This document shows, one piece after another, positions 52,639 to 64,000 of a stretch of 64,000 bases of DNA. Under the pieces are notes generated by a model. That model was given only the letters and a program-made list of their open reading frames with translations, ran no database searches and had not been told where the DNA came from. Position 1 is the first letter of the stretch. Each line of letters opens with the position of its first letter. The position numbers and the translations under genes were made by a program. The stretch is from Oikopleura dioica (taxonomy: Eukaryota; Animalia; Chordata): NCBI GenBank assembly GCA_907165135.1, contig OU015569.1, forward strand, positions 4,278,001 to 4,342,000. Direction: 5' to 3'.

Positions 52639-55159
52639 GTATGGACAGCATTCTATTACGCTCCTGGCGACGAAGACAAACTAATTGCAGTGCTGAATCA
52701 CGCTCCACCTCCACCACCTAGAGAAGACTCACTCAATTACTAAAGATGGCTTACGGCGCTTTCTAAGATCTTAAACAATCTTGTTGAGAACTTCGTCGAA
52801 GCTTCTTGAAATATTGATAATACTTATGCATCTGTTTATGTTAGAAAATCATCAGTTATAAATATGGGCGCAATGTTTAACAAATATTGTTGAAATCGGT
52901 TTCAAAGAATCATCAAGCGCCAAACAATTTAATAATTTGGCATTTAATTCAAGATTTTAAATTTAAATTTCACATTAAAACTAGAGATAGCTAATTTTAT
53001 AGCCTCTGTAGGGCGGTATCAAGTACTTGGATCGATTACAGTCTAGTTAGGCGGGAGGCCGTACTGCGCTGATTCCACTCAACTTCCGCCCTTGGCAGAG
53101 GGTGACCCGGTCATTCGCCAGCAGGAGACCATTGTGACCCTGTTCTCGCCACGATCGAGTCTTCACGCAAAGTTTAAAGATAAACCCTTATCTTTTTATT
53201 ATTTATTGCTTATCCCAAAACTATCGCTTTCTAAAAATTATTCAGAAACAATTTCGTATCCATTGCAATATGGGGCGTGAGACCACTTTTATTTGAGGCA
53301 AGGGAAAGCATGAGGAGGCGTAGATGTCCCATAAAGATTCGAAATGAGAAAATTGGACTTTATTGCAGCTAGAGCAGCAGCCAGCTGGAACAATTGTCCG
53401 TTCTGATCACGGAAGGACGGAACCTACTAGACCGTTTCGACCAACCGTCAAATTTACGCTAGAAAGTCAAGCAAACGGTACTTTCGCTCTTTCATCTAAT
53501 CGGGTCGAATTGTAAAAGAATATGTCTTAATTAACACTTTTTACTATAGGTTTAATGCATTTTTACTAATTTAAATAAAAAACAAACACATAAAAAGTAA
53601 TACAAGATTTTTTTTTTCGGAATTTTCATATCCTAGAGAAACAGTAGTGCTTGGGATAAAATAATCTTGCGTCAGTGTATTTAAAAATGAGGACTAAGAT
53701 TGGAGAGATGGAAATTAATTTCCGCCGAATCGACCAGTTTAGTCTTGCTTATCAGTGCTAATCAATCTTACCAGCTAAAAAGCTGCTTTGTAGTAGAGCA
53801 GCGAAAAGCCAGCTCATCTCTCTACTGGGCGGCGTCTCTCACTGCGTGCCCCTTAGACCGACGCCAGAGCTGCATCAGAAGCCTAGACCGGTGCTTCCTT
53901 TCGAAGCAAATAATCTAACATCCATTGAGCCAGCTGCGGTTTCCTCAGAGATAAATTTTATAACTAATTGTCATTACTAATCGACTAAGTAGTTACTGAG
54001 TTAACTAGCGTAGAATCGACAATTCCAACACATGAAACTTTGATCGACGATGAGAATCTGGCTAAACACATGATCACTAAACTTTGAACAAGCAACAAGT
54101 ATGGAAAATAGAGGCACTCTTGATGAAAAACCTATTGACGCTATTATACACGCTATATGTAGATATTATCTAAGACCGGGTATTTTTTATTTTGACTGAC
54201 TTTGGCTAAGACGTCTGGATTTGATCTTCGAGGGCGCACGGCGACCCTGTCCGGTTATTCTCAACATGCGCGATTGGCTGCGCGCGATCTGGGAATTTTC
54301 CCACAGGGATGAAGACGTCGGAGTGAGGACGTCCTCTGTCGCGATGCGGATCCTAAATTTCGTCAGACTCGTGATGGCGACTTTGCTTCAATTATATACC
54401 GTTATCAAATTCACTGATATTCACAAGTAAAACTAGAAAAGTAAAAACCATAAAGATAAGAGTTCTTCTGGATAGTTTCAGGAAGGTATGAATACAAGGC
54501 TAGGATAATCTCCTCGATTGCTGGACAATTAGAGCATTTAGGACAACTAGAGACTTATTTTTTCCTCTTTCTATGAGCAATCTACGCTGCGGATGAAACC
54601 CGTCGTGAGGTCACTTTAGACAAATTCGGTAAACAAACTCACATGAAAAGTGCCAACCATCAACTCAATCATTACCGTTAAAAAAGATCACCTCGAAGAT
54701 AATTACTATTTGATCCTTCAACTTTTTTCACAGGAGAATTGATTTTGTTGCTTAGTTGATCGATTCATGGGAATTCTGCCTTTTCATAAGTACTGAAGGG
54801 AAGTAGGTCGAGCTGGTTGAAATTGGATTTAGGATTTGGTTCAGGTCAAGCGCCTTTGTTTAGTTGCGTGCTGTGCTGTCGCGTATGGTACAGTACTTTC
54901 AGTACGGTATTGACCTCGATTCTGAGCTTGACCAAACGCGCTCAGGCGTTGGCTCGCGGCCAGCGGGTGGCGCCAAGTGCCATTATGAGCATTTGATTGG
55001 ACTCAGACTTGGACTCAGAACTTGGCAATCGGCCAAAACAGCACAGTTGGATTAACACGTGAAATCGAAACAGAGAATAATTCATTCACCTCCAGTACCC
55101 AAAAAAGAGCCTCACTTTCATGACTAACGAACAAAGCTGAGAGATTTACTGAAGATTTT

Positions 55160-58100
55160 ATGGAGCACTATACTACCGCCGACTTCCATGGAAAATACCA
55201 GAGGTATGAACAATAATAGACATCACGGGATTAGCCTTTCCTCTCAGTGCCTGGCTCATAAGCGTTTTTATTCAGCACGAGCCTATTTCGAATTATGATT
55301 TAACTTAAGTGCCACCGCGACAATGGTATCCTCCGAAATATCATTCCCAGCAAAAGTATTCAACATCGGAGCGATGGCAAATGCAGCCGTAGAGGATTTG
55401 GGATACTCTGGTGGTGCCTCGTCATCGCCGAAATCGAACACCTCCTCCACGAACACCCTGTCCACCGATTCATCAAACAAAGGTTTGCTGCTTTTTTCGT
55501 GAAAATGGTGATCAATGGCAATTTACTATGGAATTTTTTATTGGTATTGATACCACATGTCTAGGTGTAAAAGATACCGTCTCGTATTGACCATATACGA
55601 CAAGAGAGACTCTTGTTTATTTTCATATTTTTAAGATTTAGCATTTAAAATAAAAAGAAAAAAATAATAAATAAAATATGTTTTTGTGTAAAAAACAATA
55701 TGAAGAGTATGGGTTAAGTTAGAAAAGTGTTTCTGTGTGCGCGGGTGGTATTCTGCTGGGTCAGGCTCATAGAACTTACGATCGGTCTAATTAGATTCCA
55801 CATGATTGTCCTGAGCAGAGATGAGAGAGAACTAATGCTTACAGCGTAAGGCAACTTAGAGGTGATATTTTTTTATTTTCAAGACATCATGGTGTTTTTG
55901 AGACGAATTTCAGCCGTACTCTGGAAAAGGGTCTGCGGGTCCATGAAAATACTAGCATATAAGCGAGACACATAATCGCAGAATCTTTTCCATCCACCGT
56001 CCATCTAGAGCGTTTGCTGTTTTTTAAACTTAGAGAGGCCGAATTTAAATGTGCTATTGTCATAAAGGTTGAGCGGAAGACGTCTAATCGTATGCCTGGA
56101 CGGTTGTCTTCATTAGAAATGAAAAAATCATCACGTGTGTGATAGTCGTACTACACAACTCTTTGTCCCTTCGGCCGGAACGTTCCACCGCTCTGTGGCT
56201 ATCGCACATTCATTGCTTCGGATTAAACATCTCTGCCGAGCAAGTCAATCCAACTCTTTTAGATTCGCTCGACCAACAAGACCCAGAAGGGACTGACCAC
56301 CACCGAGGATTTCTTCAAGACACCACGGGCTCTATCTCGCCCGTGCTAGAGGTAGCTGACTCTCCCGACGAGAACTCAAGCGAGGAACACATAGAAGTAA
56401 TAAAAAACGAGCCGATCGAAACAGTCGCCAGCGATATGAATTGCTCGGGAGACAACTTTCATCGCCTCTTCCGGCCAAACTTCGGCGATATCACTCAGTT
56501 AGCTGTAACTTCTTTCCAGGTAAGCCTTGCTAAAGGCTCGCCAAAAATTAACTTCTCCAAGCACCCACATTTTGGAACATCAACACCCGACGCTGAAAAA
56601 CCCGCACGCCAATGTGGCGTCTGCTCGGACAAAGCTACCGGACTTCACTATGGGATAATCTCTTGCGAGGGATGCAAGGTAATTATTTCCGTCAATTTTG
56701 GAACGCGTTCTCCTCTCATACAAGTCCAACGGAGACGTGTAATTGAATTCGCTAATAGTGGCTATTTTTAGGGATTCTTCAAGAGAGCGATCAGCAACCG
56801 GCGGGTCTACCGCTGCGTGAATGGTGACGACAACTGTAAAATGTCGAGAAAGGACCGCAATCGCTGCCAGTTTTGCCGGCTAAAGAAATGCCTTCAAGTT
56901 GGCATGAATCGAAAAGGTTAGATAATCATCGTAAAGAAGTGGTGAAATGCTGAAGAAATCATTCAGCTGAAACTCTCGTGAATATCTCCATTAGAAACAA
57001 AACTATTTTCCCAGCTTACGGCTTACATACGATATCTATTCTCAATAATTCTTGAAGGAGTAGTTGAGTCACGAGCGTAAAACGATATCCTCTCACAAAC
57101 ATATTTTGTCTTCTTGTCGCTCCTGCAAGGATGATACCAATTTTATATTGGCGACAAATATATTAGATCAAGTTTAAATTTATTTGACTTGGATTTAGCC
57201 ATTCGTGAAGATGGAATGCCTGGAGGACGAAATAAATACACAGGACCGGTTAATTATTCAGAAGAAGAAGTCGAAAATATACTCACCGGTCGTGAATATG
57301 CTTCACTGCCATCACTTTCGTCGCCAGCGTCAAAGCCGTCGATCACTGCCCCCAAGACCACACTGCCTAATTCACAATCTACCACTCTCCAAACCAAAGC
57401 ATCCAAACCAACAGAATCAAGTGCTATAGACTCAGTCACCAGCTCATCGAATCCAGCGCCGTCATTTATGTCTGTCTTCAATGGACAGACCGCTTTCACA
57501 CCCGTCAACTCTCTAGCCTCCTTCCAGAAAAATGCACCGTCTAGCTCATTTGCGGATAGTCCCCAACGATCTGCTCAGAAACGTCGCCGGTCGACTGCGT
57601 CTGAGCTTGCCAATCAGCCCAAGTCCAAGATCGTGGCTCACGAATCATCTGTACTTCCATTTCAACAACCGGTTGCTCCTGGCGTCAATCTTCACGAAAT
57701 GAGCCCCTTCTTTATTCCAATCATCAATCCCTTTTTGAGCAAAATACTTGACAAGATCGAAGATGCTGACGAACCCGATATGCTCAATTTCTCGACAATA
57801 TGGCCAGAATTCAAGTTGAAAGAAAAAGTCAGCAAGAACGAGTTCTTAGAAGCTGTGCCAAGGATTGCTGAAGCGGTAAGTTGTTTATCGGGGGCCTTTT
57901 TTGGATCCCGTTTTATCGAAAAAATACGTATGTAGGGACAATCTCGCTGGTAAACATGACGATCAAGATTGTTAAATTAATTTTTAGTCGTTCAAAGGCG
58001 AGACAGTTTGGCTACGCAAAGCAGGTTTAATCGACACAATCGGACTAGTCGATATATTTTCGCTCTTGTCGCAATCCTGGCAATGTCTCGCGCTCATTCG

Positions 58101-59319
58101 TCTTCTGCGATTCCCCAAACAGCTTCAGTCGTTCAACAACCTCATCAGCAAATACGAAAACCCGCCAGCTGACATGGGCAGATTCACCGAGGTAAGAGAT
58201 TTATTTTCTTTTGAAAGTTAAATTATTTTCAGATTTACCCTCTGCTCGTGCGCATTGCTCATCTCTACAAGAACTGCATTGAACTTCAAATTGTCAACAA
58301 GGAATTTGCTTTTTTGAAAGCACTTTGTGTTATCAACACCGGTAACATTATTGGAATATTCTTCGTATATTATACAATCTTCATAAATGTCCATTCGAAC
58401 GTTGCTAAAAAGTTTTTCAGACAATAGCAAAATGCTAGAACACGCGAATTTCGAAGTCGGAAAACTACAACAGCTTTACTGTGTTGCTGCTCGTTCAGTT
58501 TTTGGGGACGGCAGAGTGATCAGCTTAGCCGGTGCCCTTGGAGAAATTAAGTATAAGCTTTTGCTGGTTATATCTCACTCATCGTACGATTAAGATTAAT
58601 TTGCTCGACAATAAAAACACTTGAGCCGAATATGATGCTGCTCCTCATCCGAATCGCCGCAAAGACCTGCTGGGAAATGTATTTGAAATCAAATGCTTCC
58701 AAGGAGGTATGGAATAGCAATACTTGAGTGTTTCGCTGTTTTTTCTTTTTGTTTTAATCAGTTTCGCCAAATTCATTTACTAGCTTGTTGCATGTGGTCT
58801 TAACAACTTTGTAGGATTTGAATATGGACTCGTCTGCCTCGCCAAACTCGAAGTCATACGAATCCGGATCGCTTCATTCTAGCTCAGCGCCTACTAGTTC
58901 TGGTGAGTGTATTTTCTTAGAGCATGATCAGTGTATATCATCGGCGTCCTACATGTTGATTTATAGCATTTTTTCATTTTTAGAAGTAATCTTTCTTTGT
59001 TTCAGGTGATGAGCTTAATGAAACTGGTCGCCAGAACTTAGGATCAATCTTTAATCCGTCTTCGTCGATCCTCTCCGCCTCCCTCTCGCTTCAACTTGAG
59101 CGTCAAGTTAGCGTCGAAAAGTCCCCATTCATCACGTCCAGTTTCTCCACGTCCGGCTGTAGTAGCAACAGTAGCTTTTCCTCCATGATTGCGCCCCAAT
59201 CAACTCCCTCGCCGCCGACCAGTCACACCACTCCGCCCCACGAGCCTTCTGTATTTATTCCAACGCTGCCCTGCTCAGTCGTCGAAGTCGACGAGGATAT
59301 CGACGTCGAAGTTGAATAA
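55160..59319 (+). CDS. NR6A1: Nuclear receptor GCNF (germ cell nuclear factor)
   Basis: DBD CGVCSDKATGLHYGIISCEGCK|GFFKRAISNRRVYRC...GMNRK|AIREDGMPGGRNK is diagnostic of NR6A1. The 5' exons (55160, 55309) splice in frame; stop at 59317-59319. Confidence 0.9.
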
Positions 59320-59829
59320 TCGGAAACGTCCAAGCCCATTCGCTTCAACCTGATTTATAATTTAAAATTCGCTCCCTTGTACTCATTTCACTTGACTGGT
59401 GCGATCACAGATGAAATTCCCTTGTGTCATTGTCATTGTTAACTTCGCGAGCACTTCCTGGTCCACTGACTGACGATCCTTAACTGTAGATAGAATCCTG
59501 CATTTTGACAATTCCCTAGATCTCCTTACAAGAGCGAGACAAAAAACAAGCTTCACAGAATCAGCAATAAAATGTTAAGCCACTGAAATGCTGTTTTCTT
59601 GAGTTGAACAAGCAAATGAATTTAGTTTTTATTCATAGACCTAAAAGTCAAGCCTCGTTATATTTGCCGAGAGACTAGAAACATATGCAGAAGAAGGGTT
59701 TTAATCCTAATCATCTATATCGGACGCGTATGCAGGGCGGAGAACAGTTCCTTCTGTTGCATTGGACATGCATTTAATACTTGAAGATACTCCTGATGGC
59801 GCGCTTGCTCTATGAAAGCCTAACATTCA

Positions 59830-60416
59830 CGCAATAGGAGTGGTAACACACTTGACCGCATAAAAACCAAACACGAACCGTATCTCCTAAACATGGTCCT
59901 TCCAGAGTAAAACTCCGCCAGTAGAACTCTGTCGAATTAAGTTATCTTTAAGAGAGTGCTTGGAGAATCGAGAGACATATTGCGTGCGAGGGCTTTTGAT
60001 ATGGTTCTTGATCATTCTTGGGGCGATTTTTGCGTTTGTTCTAGGTATGTAATTGCGCTTATGTTTTTATTGTTGCAGGGGCACGGACAAATATTTTTTC
60101 TAGGAGTTTTATTTTACAAAAAGAGACGAGCGAAAAAAGAAGCTGCGAATAGAAACGGGCCTGACAATAAAGGTGCAATTAAAATATAGTATTTAAATAT
60201 GCAACAAATTCAGTAGTTGAACTGGACTCTCCATTCAGCGTTTCTAAAAGCAGAAGAAATTCGATTGCGTTTGCGCGTGTTTCCACCAATATATTCTTAG
60301 GTTTTTATAAGCTATTAAGATGACTTTAACTATTTTGTGTTCTAGAGCTAAAGAAAGGCAATGAAATTCGCGAAATGTCGAGAAGAAGTTCAGCGATGCA
60401 TGATATTTTAGCCTAG
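59830..60416 (+). CDS. Small single-pass membrane protein; 5' end unresolved
   Basis: Spliced frame ...ECLENRETYCVRGLLIWFLIILGAIFAFVL|GVLFYKKRRAKKE..|ELKKGNEIREMSRRSSAMHDILA*, i.e. a hydrophobic helix followed by a basic stop-transfer segment. Confidence 0.45.
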
Positions 60417-60876
60417 CGCTAAATTGTTGACTCCATTGTTGCTCTTTCTACTTTCTGTAAAGGCGAAAAGGCTTTTTGAAGTTGAACATTCCAAAATATC
60501 GAGCAGAACAAACACAAGAACGCTCATCTCTTAATCAAGATGAATTAATGCTTCTCAGCAGCGTCTTAAAGAGTATACTGTCAATGTTCACCTCACTAAA
60601 GCGCACATATTTCTTCTTCTCAGCTTAGCCAGCTTATGTTACTCCAACTGTATATATTGACAAATGATTATGCTGAAATAAACAAACAACGAAATAAATT
60701 AAATTTTCACTTGCATCAATTATGAAATGCTCTCTCTAGTTAATCTAATAGTGAACCGTTGGCAGTTTAGTAAGGAAGGAAGATATTCAGTAGTTTTGCG
60801 AAAAGAGCATAGTTCAAAGTTCAGTTATACTTATACAAGCAATCGATGCAGCTTAGACTGGGTGCGAGCGCTCATC

Positions 60877-63800
60877 TTATAAATTTAGCTTTGAACACAT
60901 CAACGAGTTCAAACTCGTTTCGCCTAAACGAGCGTGCACCCTTCCTTTTACCGTTGATTGGAGGCGTCCTTCTAGTCGGTATTCCCGCGCCATTCTACGA
61001 GCGATGTCAACCTGGCGTAAAAATGGTTTTTTCTTGAATGCAACAGACATGCTTAGAAGGTTTGCTGCGTCAAAATTTGAATCCCTTGGCAACAAATTGT
61101 TTTCCCGGCAGCTATTGGTAGAGTTAGCTATTTTTAAATGAAGCCTAGGTACTTTTTCTTGAAACTTCGTTCCAGCATGAAAGCAGGCTCTGAGGTAGAA
61201 AAACTGGCTGGAAGTGGAATCTTTTCATCGCGCTCGGCAGCGGTTGCCATTGGTAAACTATCGGGAATCAGTGGCTCTTCTGATTCCTAAAATCATTAAA
61301 ATTTTGAAGGCGCTGAGATCTGGATACTTGATTTGCGAGCTGCGTTAGAAAGACATTTTGAACAGAGATCGTCTTTTTCAGCCGGGGAGCGGTTTTCGGA
61401 GATTTCTTTTCGCGAAATCTACATCAGTTTTTTTGAATTTCCAGAGAAAAAAATTTGGATAAAGTGACCGATTCGATTGAATTTTTGATTGATTCCGAGT
61501 GTCTTTGAAATAGGAACGAGCAGTGAAAGTTTGGGACGCGTCAGTTTATCCCATCTTCCTAGTTGCGGTTTTTTAACGAGTGCCGTTTGGTTGATTACAT
61601 TCAATTAATGAAAATCATGTGTACATGAAATTTGAAGTGGAATCATACTTTTATTTGAAATTTTACCTAGCCGCTCCAGTTTCAATTATTTTACTACTTG
61701 AATGAAAAACGGAATATCGACGGACTACTTTTTGAAACCGCGCAACTTCTTTTTCGTTTCCAGTCTTCCAGTATCTTTTGCGCTGAGCACGGATTTTCCC
61801 CGATGAGTTTAATCACGTGAAAATGAAGGATCTGAGACGAAGGAATAGTTCATTAATAAATATATCGAGAGCCGTATCCTGAAGCTCATCGACGGATAAA
61901 TACATCATTCGATCTTTTGCATCTGATCGCATATTATTCATATATCTTGGGCCATCTATTGCCACCGCTGATCCGCTCATTTGAAGTTGACTTGCAGAAT
62001 TTTTCCAAAAGTCCACAATTTTACTTGTGAGAACAGAAAAACTCTTTCCTGAGGCTTTTGCTGATAATAGTGTTTGAAGCAAAGCGTTTATTAACGTACA
62101 CGCGTTCACGCGACCTCTGCAGCCAGAGTCTCATTTTGACCGCGACGCTGATTGAAATCTGGTTCGCTGACACTCCTTTTCCATACGGGACTTTTCCAAA
62201 GCATTTCGCTAGCAGATAGCGTGCACAGGGCTTCTGTTTGTATCTGAGTGCATAGTTCCATGCTTTTGCGTCGCTCCAATCGGGAGCGAACAGACAGCTG
62301 ATATTGTTGGCGACGAAGATTTTTATAATGTGGAGATTTCCACGCTGCGCAGCGACATGTATCGAAGCTTTTCCACATTCGATGTGATCGCTGGGGTTCT
62401 TGCACCATTCCCGTGCCGGATGGAGCCCAATACTTTCTCCTGGATTCACCGCCGTCGACGACTTTTTGGACGTCAACTGTTCGGCCATGTCGGACAGCCC
62501 CAAATGTGCAGCGATATACAAGCCGACTTTTGCCTGGTACTTGGCGAGCTTTTCGATTTTGGAGAGTGAGAACAGGAACCGTTTCACTTGACCGTTCAGG
62601 GCGTAGTTGAGCAAATTTTTCCACCCATCCCAAATGTCAAGTCGCAGAGTACACCCGCGTTGAAGTTCATAATAACTATAAATGTCCAGCTTGAACAGAT
62701 GCTCCGGAAGCCTTACCGAGTGAACGGGAAGTTGTCAAAGAGTTCGATTCCGCTTCCAGTGACTAGCCGGAAAATAGAAACTGGGAGACCAGTTTCCCGG
62801 GAAACTTGCATGTGGTTAAATCACAATTCATTCCATTTGAAATAAATAATAATATAACCCTAACTATTGACCTTAGTTCACCAACAGTTGAGACTTGAAA
62901 GTCAAGCTCATCAAAAAGCTGGTAAACTTGCTCGTTGAAAGCAGAGTACACGTAAAGGACGACACGGCGTTCTTCACGATCAAATGCTCGTAGTACTAAA
63001 TAAATTGTCGAGTTGGAGTGGTGACCTTGAGTTACTCGGAATTATACGAATGCCTTCTGCTACTATGTCTGCCCGCTAGCACAGATTATGTTCAAAGCTT
63101 ACCTTCGCCAGAGCCGATTCCTAGAGAGCTCAGTGTCCATTTGTCCTTGAGATTGCAACCATCAAATAATATGTCTTGTTTAGGATGATTACTTCATTAA
63201 TTGACCCCGATAGAGCGTAACTATATTAAATATAGTATATATAATAAAGCTCATCTCTCATTTTGGAGCGATCATTGAATATACAGGCTCTACTGTGCCC
63301 TCTGTTAATTCTCTGGCCGTTTAAACTTTAAGCACCCTTTTAGAGGAATTCTTCCATCCTTATCAAGCCGAAGATCGAATTTCTCCTTGAGTATTTCCTA
63401 GAAATCGATTTAACAATTAACCTCTTCATGAGAAACCTTTATTGCCCGAATTTTGGTTCTATCCTGAATCGTTAATGTCAACTACAACGCGGTGACATGA
63501 GCTCAAATCATTATTTCCGTCCTTATCAGTTTCATAAATGTTCGGTCTCCGCTCCTTGATATCTCTGTAGTGAATGAAAATTATCATGATTAGGCAGATT
63601 TATTTTCTTGAGCAGCTAAACTTCCTAATAAAGCCATAAGGCGAGCGGCTTACAATAGCGCTGTGATTTTACTTTCTTAAACAAAAACCACATCGACAAT
63701 ATGAGATTCTTATGTTACTACGAGGTGTATTTACTATCACATCAAGAGCGCGATTTGTTATTTTTGGGCATTGCAGCGAAAATTAAGACAAATGACCCTA

Positions 63801-63915
63801 CCACTCAAAGAAAATCATTAACGTACCTTTATGGCCTGAACAGTAACGCGAATCGGTACGAGCAGTTCAAGTTTGCTTTTTTGTATCGGATGAAGATCTT
63901 CGTTCTTCCGCCCAT
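60877..63915 (-). CDS. ANKRD60-like protein (ubiquitin-like domains plus ankyrin repeats)
   Basis: Ubl-like TVQAIK|EILKEKF and LLFDGCNLKDKWTLSSLGI; GLYIAAHLG; GLHPAREWC; IHVAAQRGNLHIIKIF. 1-bp frameshift near 63872. Confidence 0.7.
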
Positions 63916-64000
63916 GTCTCTTTGTTACTTCTTGTAGATGAGTAGGAACATTGGCTGAACGAGCGCTCGAGGGGTGTCTGAAATGCTCCTATTCAGCTGC

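Noticed and set aside
54835-54850. GCNF DR0 autoregulatory site upstream of NR6A1 (GGTTCAGGTCA)
   Set aside because: Imperfect match to TCAAGGTCA/DR0, and expected by chance in a 2.5-kb region.

Overview
Eukaryotic, extremely compact, intron-rich genomic DNA. Most introns are about 35-50 nt, there are GA-AG and GC-AG introns, YAG acceptors sit just upstream of many ATGs, and genes run in long co-directional blocks. The best fit is the larvacean tunicate Oikopleura (dioica-like); this is an inference from genome architecture, not a database match. About 21 protein-coding genes were reconstructed by hand. A minus-strand block holds ANAPC5, TRIM37, PP2A-B56 and an unknown gene. A long plus-strand, operon-like block holds MCRIP-like, RPL7, BAP18-like, importin-alpha, PCYT2, TUT1-like, an unknown gene, NIPA, AsnRS, Ran, VRK1, another unknown gene and CaMKK. 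These are followed by a CIA30-family gene, a giant fibrocystin-L, GCNF/NR6A1, a small membrane protein and an ANKRD60-like gene. Two TIR elements with target-site duplications are present. Several single-base homopolymer frameshifts indicate assembly errors, so single-base claims need caution. The best leads are: (1) AsnRS with two acceptor+ATG starts separated by a mitochondrial-presequence-like peptide, suggesting dual targeting by alternative trans-splicing; (2) a structured 203-nt RPL7 intron whose only productive splice is GC..TG while the canonical GT-AG splice gives a premature stop, a candidate autoregulatory switch; (3) a 644-bp foldback element inside a coding exon; (4) a bacterial-type CIA30 gene with a 4x repeated motif; (5) an intronic pre-miRNA-like hairpin; (6) fibrocystin-L ending in LRRs instead of a transmembrane helix.
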